From an uncultured Verrucomicrobia subdivision 3 bacterium (GTDB lineage: Bacteria > Verrucomicrobiota > Verrucomicrobiia > Limisphaerales > UBA11358), in assembly GCA_903895255.1 (NCBI GenBank), contig CAITTG010000078.1:11739-75738 (forward strand): DNA of 64,000 bases, read 5' to 3'. Below, piece by piece: positions 44,288 through 53,674 of the stretch. Made by a program: the position numbers and the translations under genes. Numbering within the stretch: position 1 is the first letter of the stretch; each line of letters opens with the position of its first letter. The notes under the pieces are model-generated. The model was not told where the DNA came from. It saw only the letters and a list, made by a program, of their open reading frames with translations, and ran no database searches.

Positions 44288-44761
44288 ATGATGAAAAATC
44301 ACCCGGCAACGCTGCCTCTTGTCCTGCTCTGTCTTGCCCTCGTCTGGCTCGCCACCGGCTGCCACTTGGGCAAGCCCGCTTCCGCCAGCTTCGCCTCGGT
44401 CGTGATTCATGGCAAGACGCCCGCGCAAATTCACGAAGCCACCACCGCCGTGTTTAAGGCCAATGAATATCTGGAACAGCCTGCCCCGGAGGGCTGGACC
44501 TTCGAGCGTGAAGCCACCCAGGGCGAAACGCTCTCCTACGGCGGCCTCTACAGCGCCCGTTATTCCGTGGCGACCATTGTCCGTGTGCGCCTCAAGCTCG
44601 TGGCGGTCGGCGAGGACACCCAGCGCCTGCAATGTCAGGCCTACATGATTACCGATGCCCGGGACCCGTTGATGAGCCGGGAAATCCAGATCGGCAACTT
44701 CCGCAGCGAGCCTTATCAGCAGTTGCTGGACGAAGTCGCCAAACGCCTGGGCGAGCCATGA
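44288..44761 (+). CDS. lipoprotein, function unknown
   Basis: 157 aa with lipobox LVWLATGC. Its stop overlaps the next start (ATGA at 44758). Confidence 0.6.
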   Translation: MMKNHPATLPLVLLCLALVWLATGCHLGKPASASFASVVIHGKTPAQIHEATTAVFKANEYLEQPAPEGWTFEREATQGETLSYGGLYSARYSVATIVRVRLKLVAVGEDTQRLQCQAYMITDARDPLMSREIQIGNFRSEPYQQLLDEVAKRLGEP

Positions 44762-46182
44762 ACCATTCCGCTTCAAAATCCCGCGCCTTGCCCTCCCACC
44801 CTCGCCGAGGTCTCCCGGTTTGGTGTCTGCTGCTCGCGCTGCTGGGACTCTGCGGATCCGGCTGCCGCTTGGTGCAGCAGGCCGCAAACGTTCCCGGCCA
44901 GGCCGTCCGCGCCGTCACCCCTGGTCATCAAGACGCTCCGGCGGTCGACCCCGTCGAGTTGCAGCAAACCCTGCTGCGCTTCACGGATGAATACACCACC
45001 CGCATGTACGCCGGCATCAACCGGCTCCAGCACGGTACGAACGCACCGGACCAGGCCGAGGTGCTTAATTGGAAAATTTCCCTCGGCACCGAGAGCTGCG
45101 CCATCGCCTCCGGGCCGAATCCCGTCGCCGATGTTCTCGACATGACCATTTTTGTCACGGTTACCCGCCTGGCCCTCGAGGAACATTGGGTGCCCAATGT
45201 TTACGGCGAATCCGCCCGGCCTTTGCTGGAAAGTTGCCGGGGCTCCGAATCCAATATTTGGCAAATCGCCGACACCTTCCTGACGCCTGCACAACAGGGC
45301 GAACTGCGCCAGGCCATCCAGGTCTGGCACGATCACAATCCCCTGCCGGAAAGCGTACTCGCGGCGCGCGCCGTAAGTTTTGCTTCCCAAGTGGCGCAGG
45401 CCAGCCACACCGGCTCCGCCAAACCCGGCAGTGTCTTCAACCTGCTCCTGCTTGACCCCCTGTCCGGCCTTGATCCCGCCCTGCAGGAGGTCGCCCAGAC
45501 CCGCTTGTTTGCCGAGCGGGCCCTCTATGTTACCCAAAAAATGCCCCTCTTGCTTCGCTGGCAGACCGAATTGTTGAGTTACAACGCCACCCAATTACCC
45601 GCCCTGCAGCAGGTGATCTCGAATTCCACCCAGATCGCCTCCACTTTGGATCGCTATGCCGATATCGCGGAAAAACTTCCCGCCCAGGTCAGCGCGGAGC
45701 GCGCCGCGATTTTGCAGTCGCTCCATTCCCAGGAGCAGGAGGTCACCGCCCTGCTGACCAATGGCACCGCCATGTCCTCCTCCCTGAACACCACGCTCAC
45801 CACCTTCGATGGTTTGATGAAGCGTTTTGGTGTCGGGGAGACCAACGCCGCCGGACCACCCCCCACCAACGCCGAACCGTTTCGCATTCAGGATTACACC
45901 CAGACTGCCGCGCAACTTGAAGCCGCGGCCCGGCAGTTAAATGAGTTGCTCCTTACCCTGGACCAAACCATTGGCTCCACGAATATTGCCAATCTCACCG
46001 CGCAAATCACCCCGGTCTTTCGTCAGGCCCAGAATACCAGCCAGGACGTCGTGAATGATGCCTTCCGGAAAGCCCTGCTCCTGGTGGTCGCCATCCTGCT
46101 GGCCGCCCTCACGTACCGCTTTCTGGCCCCGCGCCTGGCTCCCCCAACCAAATCCACTAATTCCCCGCCCAACGCCCCATGA
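44758..46182 (+). CDS. lipoprotein, function unknown (C-terminal TM)
   Basis: In-frame ATG 44758 within track ORF 44632-46182 gives MNHSASKSRALPSHPRRGLPVWCLLLALLGLCGSGC (lipobox). C-terminal hydrophobic LLLVVAILLAALTY. ATGA overlap with the next gene. Confidence 0.55.
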   Translation: MNHSASKSRALPSHPRRGLPVWCLLLALLGLCGSGCRLVQQAANVPGQAVRAVTPGHQDAPAVDPVELQQTLLRFTDEYTTRMYAGINRLQHGTNAPDQAEVLNWKISLGTESCAIASGPNPVADVLDMTIFVTVTRLALEEHWVPNVYGESARPLLESCRGSESNIWQIADTFLTPAQQGELRQAIQVWHDHNPLPESVLAARAVSFASQVAQASHTGSAKPGSVFNLLLLDPLSGLDPALQEVAQTRLFAERALYVTQKMPLLLRWQTELLSYNATQLPALQQVISNSTQIASTLDRYADIAEKLPAQVSAERAAILQSLHSQEQEVTALLTNGTAMSSSLNTTLTTFDGLMKRFGVGETNAAGPPPTNAEPFRIQDYTQTAAQLEAAARQLNELLLTLDQTIGSTNIANLTAQITPVFRQAQNTSQDVVNDAFRKALLLVVAILLAALTYRFLAPRLAPPTKSTNSPPNAP

Positions 46183-47300
46183 TGCGACTTTGCTCCCTGA
46201 TTCACGGCCTCAGCCTTTGCCTCGCGGTGGCCTCCCTGGCGCTGTTCGCCGGCTGCAGTTCCATCGGCCCCGGCACCGTCAATCGCGACCGCTTTGATTA
46301 CAGCTCCGCCATCGCCGATTCCTGGAAGCAGCAAACGCTCCTGAACATCGTCAAGATGCGCTACCTGGACCTGCCGGTCTTTGTTGATGTCTCCTCCGTG
46401 GTCGCGGGTTACTCCCTGCAAACCGGGCTCACCGGCAGTGGCACGCTTTCCACCGAGAGCGCCGTTCAGGGGAATTTTCTCAGCGGCACCGGTCAGGCCA
46501 TCTACACCGACCGGCCCACCATCACCTACACACCGCTCACCGGGCAGAAATTTTTGCGCAGCCTCCTCACACCCATTGATCCCAAAAACATCTTCTTCAT
46601 GCTGCAATCCGGCTACGCGGCCGACTTCGTGCTCGCGCTCACCGTGGAATCCTTGAATGGCCTGCATAACCGTTCCACCACCGCCGGCACCATTCGCGAG
46701 GCTGACCCCGGCTTCATCCGGGTCTTGCAACTCATGCGCGAAGTGCAGGCCGCCGGCGCGGTCGGCGTGCGTGTTCAGGAAAACAAGGACAAGACAGAGA
46801 CGGCGGTCATGTTTTTCCGGCGCGACAACCTGCCGCCGGAAATGCTGGATAAAATCGCGGAAATCCGCAGTCTGCTCAAACTCCCGGCGGACCGGCAGCA
46901 ATTCAAACTGGTGTACTCCCCGACCGTCGGCGCGGAGGATGAACTCACCGTGGGCAGCCGCTCCATGCTCCTCATCATGGCCGCCATGGCCTCCTACGCG
47001 GAGGTGCCCCCGGCCGATGTCACGGCCGGCCGCGCCCTCGCCTCCGCCCCCGCCGCGAATGACGCGGACGGTGCGGACGGCCTCAACGGTGTCGACCGCC
47101 TGCATCCGGTCCGCATCCAATGCAGCTCCAAAAAGCCCGTGTCCGCCTTTGCCGCCGTTCACTACCACGATCAGTGGTTTTGGGTGGATGACAATGACTG
47201 GCGTACCAAGCGCGCCTTCACCTCCATCATGTTCCTGTTCACGATGATGGACGCCCCCGGTGATGAAAAACTCCCCCTGATCACCATTCCGGCGCAATGA
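46179..47300 (+). CDS. lipoprotein, function unknown
   Basis: 373 aa, MMRLCSLIHGLSLCLAVASLALFAGCSS lipobox. Third member of the translationally coupled trio. Confidence 0.6.
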   Translation: MMRLCSLIHGLSLCLAVASLALFAGCSSIGPGTVNRDRFDYSSAIADSWKQQTLLNIVKMRYLDLPVFVDVSSVVAGYSLQTGLTGSGTLSTESAVQGNFLSGTGQAIYTDRPTITYTPLTGQKFLRSLLTPIDPKNIFFMLQSGYAADFVLALTVESLNGLHNRSTTAGTIREADPGFIRVLQLMREVQAAGAVGVRVQENKDKTETAVMFFRRDNLPPEMLDKIAEIRSLLKLPADRQQFKLVYSPTVGAEDELTVGSRSMLLIMAAMASYAEVPPADVTAGRALASAPAANDADGADGLNGVDRLHPVRIQCSSKKPVSAFAAVHYHDQWFWVDDNDWRTKRAFTSIMFLFTMMDAPGDEKLPLITIPAQ

Positions 47301-47621
47301 ACCTGCCGCCCACGCGCATATTATTGTGGGCCTGGCTCGTGCTGGCGGCGCTGCCATGGATCTGTGGCCAAACTCCGCCTCCTCCGTCCCATCGGCGACC
47401 TCCGTCGTCCCAACTCTTTTCTTTGTGCCCTCTGTAGTATCCGGCCGAGGTTGGATGCTTCCCTTCCCGTTCGCGTATTTGGCGTTTTTCGTGGTTCAAA
47501 GCCCCTGCTTTTTTCTGCCTTTTAGTGGCCCGCCGCCCTTTCCGCCAATCCGTGTGCATACCTGTCCATCCGTGGTTAATTCCCCAGAATTTTGAAGTTT
47601 GAACTTTCCGCCCCACCGGGG

Positions 47622-48938
47622 CTAGGGCCACCTCAACCGATAAAACCGCTCTCCCGCCACCGCATTCGTATCCTCAAACGTGTACGCCGGATTCGCCACC
47701 CCCAGATACGTCCAATTCGTCCCCGTCAGATTGGTGGACACGAGCACACTGAAATCCCACGCCGTCGCATTCGTCAGCGCAAACTGCCAGGTCCCGTTGC
47801 ACAGGAGCTGGGAATTCGTCAGCGTCACCCACGGACTGTTCGACCAATAATTCGTCAGCACCGCGTTTAATTCCCCCTGGCTCACGATTCCGTCGCCATT
47901 GGCATCCCCCAGCACAATCGTCCCCTGCATCCCTGGAATCGGGGCATATCTCCCCGCCGGCGCGGGCTGGGCCGCAACCTGCCCATTTCCCAATACAAAA
48001 TACCCCACCGGTGCCGGCGTCATGCTGTTCGCTGCGGCCGCATTCACGAAATACCCCGGCACCGCCGGAATGGCCTGCGACATGCCCGCAATCGGCGTGT
48101 ACGACCCCGCATTGGCCGGCGTCGCCGCCGCCGCAACGGCCGGGGCATAATACCCCACCGGGGCCGGGGTAATTGTGGCACTACCCGCCGGCGCATAATA
48201 CCCCGCCGGACTTGGAATGGTGGCCTGCATCCCGGCCACCGGACAATAGTATCCCGCCGGGGCGGGTTGGGCCGATGCCTGCCCAGTTCCCGACGCATAA
48301 TGCCCCGCCGAAGCCGGCGTCATGCTGCTCGCTGCCGACGCACCCACATAATACCCCGGCACCGCCGGAATGGCCTGGGACATCCCCGCAATCGGCGTGT
48401 AATATCCCGCAGTGGCCGGCGTCGCCGCCGCCGCAACGGCCGGGGCATAATATCCCACCGGGGCCGGGGTAATCGTCGCACTACCCGCCGGCGCATAATA
48501 CCCCGCCGGACTTGGAATGGTGGCCTGCATCCCGGCCACCGGACAATAGTATCCCGCCGGCGCGAGTTGAGCCGATGCCTGCCCAGTTCCAGCCACATAA
48601 TATCCCGCCGGTGCCGGAATGATAGTCGCACTCCCGGCTGGCGCGTAATATCCCGCCGGACAGGGGATGTTCGTCGTCATCCCGGCAATCGGACAATACG
48701 TCCCCGCTGGCGCGGGCGTCTGCGTTACCGCCGCATTCGTCGCCACGAAATACCCTGGCATAGCCGGCGTGGGACTCGTCGCCCCGCTCAACGCCACATA
48801 ATACCCCGGCGGCGCCGGCACCCCCGGCGTGCTGCCGGTGCTGCTAAAATACCCCGGCGGACAAAGCGTCGCCCAAGCTTGATGGGTGGTGAGAGTGACG
48901 ACCGCCAAAATCCCGAGTGCAGATTTGAATTTTATCAT
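47622..48938 (-). CDS. secreted repeat protein (PAGYY/APAG-rich tandem repeats) with C-terminal ...STNL..W(T)...RFYRL module
   Basis: ATG 48938 gives MIKFKSALGILAVVTLTTHQAWA (signal); the track start 49049 is probably too long. Many PAGYYxP repeats. C-terminus WDFSVLVSTNLTGTNWTYLG...GERFYRLRWP. Confidence 0.6.
   Translation of the reverse strand: MIKFKSALGILAVVTLTTHQAWATLCPPGYFSSTGSTPGVPAPPGYYVALSGATSPTPAMPGYFVATNAAVTQTPAPAGTYCPIAGMTTNIPCPAGYYAPAGSATIIPAPAGYYVAGTGQASAQLAPAGYYCPVAGMQATIPSPAGYYAPAGSATITPAPVGYYAPAVAAAATPATAGYYTPIAGMSQAIPAVPGYYVGASAASSMTPASAGHYASGTGQASAQPAPAGYYCPVAGMQATIPSPAGYYAPAGSATITPAPVGYYAPAVAAAATPANAGSYTPIAGMSQAIPAVPGYFVNAAAANSMTPAPVGYFVLGNGQVAAQPAPAGRYAPIPGMQGTIVLGDANGDGIVSQGELNAVLTNYWSNSPWVTLTNSQLLCNGTWQFALTNATAWDFSVLVSTNLTGTNWTYLGVANPAYTFEDTNAVAGERFYRLRWP
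48041..48640. repeat. two tandem ~300-bp coding repeats
   Basis: 48181-48260 and 48481-48560 are identical over 80 nt at an offset of exactly 300. The flanking sequence is highly similar. Confidence 0.85.
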
Positions 48939-49343
48939 AAAAATGAGCCCTGTTACTCCTCCTGTATGCCGCGATTCGGGGGAAAAACAAGATTTTCCCG
49001 GTAAAATAAGCCAATTTCCCCTCCCCACCACCCCAATAAATAATTTCAACTATTTTGGACCCTGGACAGCGGATGTCCAGGGTCCCGCGTTAAACTCCTC
49101 CATGATGATTGTCAAAATGACAAACCGGATCGGCCATCCGTACCAAAACCCAGCGATGAACCGTCGCGCCCTCATCCGCCGCGCCCCGCGCCCAGCCTCC
49201 GGGAAAAACTTGAAGTTTCTCGAACTTTCTTTGTCACCCACCGCCCCGCCAGCCTCTTGCTAACAACGCAAGTGACTTTAAAAGAAAGATTTAAAAAAAT
49301 AACAAAATAACAAAATAACCCCAAAAAACGAAAAATTTCAATT

Positions 49344-51389
49344 TCACTTTTTCACCGGCGGCAACGCTGCTGTAGAATCTGCCAGCCAAACCGCCATCTC
49401 GCCTTTGCCGCGATTGGCCCAGGCGTAGTAGGGGATGGCTTTGAAAGGTTGCAGCGGCCCGGTGGCCCCGTTCTTGCCCATCAGGGTTGCCTCACCCGTG
49501 ATCACCTCCACCCCGTTGAGCAGGTTCGGTTCAAAACTGGCCGTCAGGGCCTGGTCATCCTGCAGCAGCAGATTGCGCACCTTGCCGTTCGGATTATCCG
49601 GCCATTCCGCGCAGAACACAATCGGCCCGCGTTGCAGCGCCACCCGGTGGCGGTCCGCCGCCACCTGTTCGTTGGCCACCACCCGGCGCACGGGCATGGG
49701 CAGATTTAATTCAATCACATCACCCCGTTTCCAGGTGCGATCCAGCACCGCATAGCCACGATCCAATTTCAAGCTCGTCCGGTGGCCATTAACCCGCAAG
49801 GTGACCGATTCCTTCGCCGGCGTCAGAAACGTGTAGAGATCGCTGGGCACCGGTTGATTTTGCGCCCAGCCAGGAATCCGCACCCGCACGGTAAACGTGG
49901 CTTTGTTTTCGGGTAGGATCGTCATTTTGATGTTACCATCCCAGGGATACCGGGTTTCTTGCAGGACTTTGAGTTCCACCCCATTATCGAGGGTCACCTC
50001 GGCGGTGCCGGTGGCGAATAAATTCACGTAGAGGCTGTCGCCCGATTCGGCGTAGAAGTAACCGGGCACCGAGGCCATGAAACGGGTGATGTTCCCCGGG
50101 CAGCAGGCGCAGCCAAACCACGGACTGCGTTCATTGTCACCGGCGGATTCCAAGGGATTTGGGTAGAAGAATTTGGTGCCGTCCAGGGAAACCCCGGAGA
50201 GCAGACCATTGTAGAGCGCGCGCTCCAGCACGTCCACGTACTTGGCGTCACCATGGAGCAGGAACAGGCGCTGGTTCCAATAATCATTGGCCACGGCGGC
50301 ACAGGTTTCGCAATAGGCGGTGCGGTTGGGCAATTCATAGTTGGCCCCAAACGCCTCACCGGCTGCGCGGGCACCAATGCCACCGGTCAGATAGAGCTTT
50401 TTACCCACGCAGTTCTCCCAGATGGCATCCACCGCGCGGGAATATTGCGGATCGCCCGTGAGCGCGGCCACGTCCGTGAGGCCGCTATAGAGATAACCGG
50501 CGCGCACCGCGTGGCCAACGGCTTCGGTCTGGTTGACCGGCCGGATGCGGGATTGATGGTAGTCATCGCCGCCCGGACGGCTGCCCCGGTCATCAATAAA
50601 ATATTTCGCCAGGACCAGGTAATTCGTGTTGCCCGTCGCCCGGTACAGTTTGACCAGCCCCATTTCGACAATTTCGTGACCCGGCCAGTAATGCAACTGG
50701 TTGGTGCCGGGACCGAAGGTGGTCACGAGCAGATCGGCCTCGCGAAGGGCGACCGCCAGCAGGTTGGTCTGTCCGGTGGCCTGGTAATGGGCTGCCGCCG
50801 CCTCAAACAAATGGCCCGCATTATAAAGTTCATGGCTGAGTTCCTGCTCATGCACCCAGCGGTTGGTGCCCGACCATGCATGCGGGTGTTGCGGATTAAT
50901 GGTGCGCGTGGTGTAAAGGTAACCATCCGGTTCCTGCGCGGAGGCAATCAGCTCAATCAGGTTGTCAGTGTAGGTCGAGGTGGCGGGATCGGAATGCACC
51001 GCCAGCGCGTAGGACGCGCCCTCCAGCACTTTATAAGGGTCGGTGTCGTCAAATGGATAACCGGGCGCGTTGAGGTTGGTTTCCGTTTCCCCGTGAAGCA
51101 CGCGCGCGGCGCGCGCAAAGTTATCCATGCGCCCGGTTTCCTCGCATTTCTGAAAGGCATAGGGAATGGTCGTCAGCCGGTTCGTCTCGATGCGTGGCGC
51201 CCAAAAATCATCGTTCAGACGCACGGCGGTGAAGGGCACCGGTTTGACGGGGTAATCATGCTGGTTGGTGGTGAGTTCCGCCCGGGCGGCCATGCCCATG
51301 AGGAGTATTAGGGTTGGCAGCAGGCTTTGACCCCATGAACAGGGCAGGGGAGCCCGCAGCCAATGGCTCATTTTGTGACGCAAATTCAT
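49344..51389 (-). CDS. glycoside hydrolase family 127 (beta-L-arabinofuranosidase-like, DUF1680)
   Basis: 681 aa with a signal peptide. HYWPGHEIVEMGLVKLYRATGN, YCETCAAV and FGCACCPGNITRFMASVPGY match the GH127 Cys-rich catalytic/zinc motifs. Confidence 0.8.
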   Translation of the reverse strand: MNLRHKMSHWLRAPLPCSWGQSLLPTLILLMGMAARAELTTNQHDYPVKPVPFTAVRLNDDFWAPRIETNRLTTIPYAFQKCEETGRMDNFARAARVLHGETETNLNAPGYPFDDTDPYKVLEGASYALAVHSDPATSTYTDNLIELIASAQEPDGYLYTTRTINPQHPHAWSGTNRWVHEQELSHELYNAGHLFEAAAAHYQATGQTNLLAVALREADLLVTTFGPGTNQLHYWPGHEIVEMGLVKLYRATGNTNYLVLAKYFIDDRGSRPGGDDYHQSRIRPVNQTEAVGHAVRAGYLYSGLTDVAALTGDPQYSRAVDAIWENCVGKKLYLTGGIGARAAGEAFGANYELPNRTAYCETCAAVANDYWNQRLFLLHGDAKYVDVLERALYNGLLSGVSLDGTKFFYPNPLESAGDNERSPWFGCACCPGNITRFMASVPGYFYAESGDSLYVNLFATGTAEVTLDNGVELKVLQETRYPWDGNIKMTILPENKATFTVRVRIPGWAQNQPVPSDLYTFLTPAKESVTLRVNGHRTSLKLDRGYAVLDRTWKRGDVIELNLPMPVRRVVANEQVAADRHRVALQRGPIVFCAEWPDNPNGKVRNLLLQDDQALTASFEPNLLNGVEVITGEATLMGKNGATGPLQPFKAIPYYAWANRGKGEMAVWLADSTAALPPVKK

Positions 51390-51497
51390 TTCCCATCAAT
51401 TAAGGGGCCCCGGACCGTTTGGCAATCTTTTTGGCGCCGGGGATTTGGCGCCCAAGAGTGGCGCTGCGAGAGCACTGAAAAATATTTTAAAAATATA

Positions 51498-51525
51498 TTG
51501 CACGCTCTGGCCAGTGTGTTAGTAT
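51498..51525 (+). promoter_or_regulatory. candidate sigma70-type promoter of the S10 operon
   Basis: TTGCAC (51498-51503), 16-nt spacer, TAGTAT (51520-51525), preceded by the A/T-rich tract aaaatattttaaaaatata. About 70 nt upstream of rpsJ. Confidence 0.4.
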
Positions 51526-51593
51526 CCACGTCCGCTTTCGTTTTCGACGGCGGTTTAAATTTAGTTAACCATTAACAGACAATCGCTCTTTGT

Positions 51594-51902
51594 ATGGCTG
51601 GACAACGCATTCGTATTCGTCTCAAGGCTTTTGACCACCGGGTCATCGACCAATCCGCGCGAGAAATCGCGGACACTGTCAAGCGCACGGGCGCCCGGGT
51701 AGCCGGCCCCATCCCCCTCCCCACGCGGGTGGAACGCTTCACGGTTCAACGCTCACCGCACTCGGACAAAAAATCCCAGGAAACCTTCGAGCAGCGCACG
51801 CACAAGCGCCTGATTGACATCCTGGATCCGACGGCCAAGACGGTGGACGAATTGAAGAAACTCAATCTGCCCGCCGGTGTGGACATCACCATCAAAATCT
51901 GA
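51594..51902 (+). CDS. rpsJ: 30S ribosomal protein S10
   Basis: [44 protein letters not shown]... is canonical S10. Confidence 0.97.
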   Translation: MAGQRIRIRLKAFDHRVIDQSAREIADTVKRTGARVAGPIPLPTRVERFTVQRSPHSDKKSQETFEQRTHKRLIDILDPTAKTVDELKKLNLPAGVDITIKI

Positions 51903-51926
51903 GGCGAACCCTTACCATTTAATATT

Positions 51927-52661
51927 ATGCCTATCGGATTACTCGCCAAGAAACTGGGCCACACGCGCGTCTATGACGCCGCCGGCCGGGTCACGCCCGT
52001 CACCGTGGTGCTCGCCGGTCCCAACCGCGTCCTGCAAGTCAAAACGCAGGCCGGCAAGGACGGTTACAACGCCGTGCAACTCGGCTTTGATGACCAGAAG
52101 GAACAGCGCCTCACCAAGGCCCTGCTCGGTCACATCAAGAAGCAGAACGGCGTGGCTGTCAAACGCATCCGCGAATTTCGCAATTTCACCAAGGACGTCA
52201 AGCCGGGTGATGTGCTCGGCGCGAATTTGTTCGCCGCTGGAGATTTCATCGATGCCATTGGCACGACCAAGGGCCAGGGCTTTGAAGGTGTGGTCAAGCG
52301 CCATAAGTTTGCTGGTGGCGACGCCACCCACGGTGCCAAAGGCTGGCATCGCCGCAGCGGCGCCATTGGTCAGCGCCTCTTCCCCGGTACCGTCATGCGC
52401 GGCATGAAGATGCCCGGTCACATGGGTCAGGTTACCCGCACCACCCAGAATTTGCAGATCATCCAAGTGCGCGACACGGATAACGTGCTGCTCATCAAAG
52501 GCTCCATTCCCGGTGCTGAAGGCGACTACGTCGTGATCCGCGAAGCCAAGAAACGTCCGCAGGGCTGGAAGGCGCCGGTTGCGGCCATCAGCAAGAAAGA
52601 CGCCAAAAAGAACGCTGCTGACGCCAAGAAGGCCGAAGCCAAAAACGACGCCAAGAAGTAA
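51927..52661 (+). CDS. rplC: 50S ribosomal protein L3
   Basis: MPIGLLAKKLGHTRVYD...TKGQGFEGVVKRHKFAGG...HRRSGAIGQR with a Lys-rich C-terminal tail. Confidence 0.95.
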   Translation: MPIGLLAKKLGHTRVYDAAGRVTPVTVVLAGPNRVLQVKTQAGKDGYNAVQLGFDDQKEQRLTKALLGHIKKQNGVAVKRIREFRNFTKDVKPGDVLGANLFAAGDFIDAIGTTKGQGFEGVVKRHKFAGGDATHGAKGWHRRSGAIGQRLFPGTVMRGMKMPGHMGQVTRTTQNLQIIQVRDTDNVLLIKGSIPGAEGDYVVIREAKKRPQGWKAPVAAISKKDAKKNAADAKKAEAKNDAKK

Positions 52662-52670
52662 CGAACGGCC

Positions 52671-53297
52671 ATGAAAATTTCAATTAAAGACATTACTGGC
52701 AAAGACCAGGGCGAGCTTGAAGTCAAGTTTGCGCTGGTGGAAAACGGCCGGGGCACCCAGGCGGTGCACGATGCCGTGGTGGCCTATCAGGCCGCCCAGC
52801 GCAGCGGTACGGCCTGCACCAAGACCGTTGGTGACGTTGCCGGCACGAACAAGAAACCCTGGAAGCAAAAAGGCACGGGCCGCGCCCGCGCCGGTTCCTT
52901 CCGCTCGCCTCTCTGGGCGGGTGGCGGCGTGGTCTTCGGACCGAAGCCCCGCGATTTCGCCAAGAAAATCTCCAAAAAGACCCGTTCCCTCGCCCTGCGC
53001 AAAGCGCTCAGCGAGCGCCTCAAGGCGGGTGATGTGGTCGTGGTGGATGACCTGAAGCTGGCCTCCCCCAAGACCCGCGAATTTAACAATATCATCCTCG
53101 CGCTGGATTGCCTGGGCTCCACGCTCATCGTCTCCAACGGCGCGGACAAAAACCTCACGCTGGCCGCCCGCAATGTGGTCAACGTGGCGTTGACCACCAG
53201 CGACTCGCTGAACACGTATGACGTGCTGCGGCCTGACAAACTCGTGTTCACCAAGAGCGCGTTTGAAAAAGTTGAAGCCCGTTTGACCCAGGAATAA
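52671..53297 (+). CDS. rplD: 50S ribosomal protein L4
   Basis: ...KPWKQKGTGRARAGSFRSPLWAGGGVVFGPKPRDF... is the L4 signature. Confidence 0.95.
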   Translation: MKISIKDITGKDQGELEVKFALVENGRGTQAVHDAVVAYQAAQRSGTACTKTVGDVAGTNKKPWKQKGTGRARAGSFRSPLWAGGGVVFGPKPRDFAKKISKKTRSLALRKALSERLKAGDVVVVDDLKLASPKTREFNNIILALDCLGSTLIVSNGADKNLTLAARNVVNVALTTSDSLNTYDVLRPDKLVFTKSAFEKVEARLTQE

Positions 53298-53298
53298 C

Positions 53299-53580
53299 AT
53301 GAACGCTTTTGAAATTATCCGGACCGTCCGTTTGACGGAAAAAGGCACGCGCCAGAGCGAGAAGTACAACCAGTACACTGTCGTGGCCGATCCCCGCGCC
53401 AACAAGACCCAGATCCGCCAGGCGGTTCAGGAACTCTTCAAGGTCAAGGTCACCGGCGTTAACACGCTTAATGTCCGTGGCAAGGCCCGCCGCAAGCGCA
53501 CCGCGCAAGCCGGCACCACTTCCAACTGGAAGAAGGCCATCGTCACCCTCAAAGACGGCGACAAGATCGTGCTGACCTAG
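53299..53580 (+). CDS. rplW: 50S ribosomal protein L23
   Basis: MNAFEIIRTVRLTEKGT...YTVVADPRANKTQIRQAVQELFKVKVTGVNTLNVRGK... Confidence 0.95.
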   Translation: MNAFEIIRTVRLTEKGTRQSEKYNQYTVVADPRANKTQIRQAVQELFKVKVTGVNTLNVRGKARRKRTAQAGTTSNWKKAIVTLKDGDKIVLT

Positions 53581-53598
53581 TCATTGCTTTACTCACGA

Positions 53599-53630
53599 GG
53601 CGCAAGGTGATTTCACCTTGCGCCTTTTTT
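53599..53630 (+). terminator. intrinsic terminator after rplW
   Basis: ggcgcaaggtg-attt-caccttgcgcc (11-bp stem) followed by tttttt. Confidence 0.7.
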
Positions 53631-53674
53631 GTTATCCAGTGGTCATCCGGCCGGGCTCGTTGCCCCCAATGGCC

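Noticed and set aside
44129-44887. 252-aa minus-strand ORF, plus 44773-45594 and 46023-47357 minus-strand ORFs
   Set aside because: They are antisense to the three lipoprotein genes, which have lipoboxes and coupled start/stop codons. The translations are Gly/Arg/Ala-rich.
48041-48640. Possible CRISPR array or non-coding satellite because of regular repeats
   Set aside because: The repeats are 300 bp, in frame and entirely inside a long ORF encoding PAGYY-type peptide repeats. There is no repeat-spacer structure and there are no cas genes. No CRISPR array was seen anywhere in the window.
50253-51311. 352-aa plus-strand ORF opposite GH127
   Set aside because: Antisense shadow. The GH127 frame carries the diagnostic Cys motifs.
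52680-53405. 241-aa minus-strand ORF (and other ORFs) overlapping rplD/rplW
   Set aside because: Antisense to canonical ribosomal protein genes.
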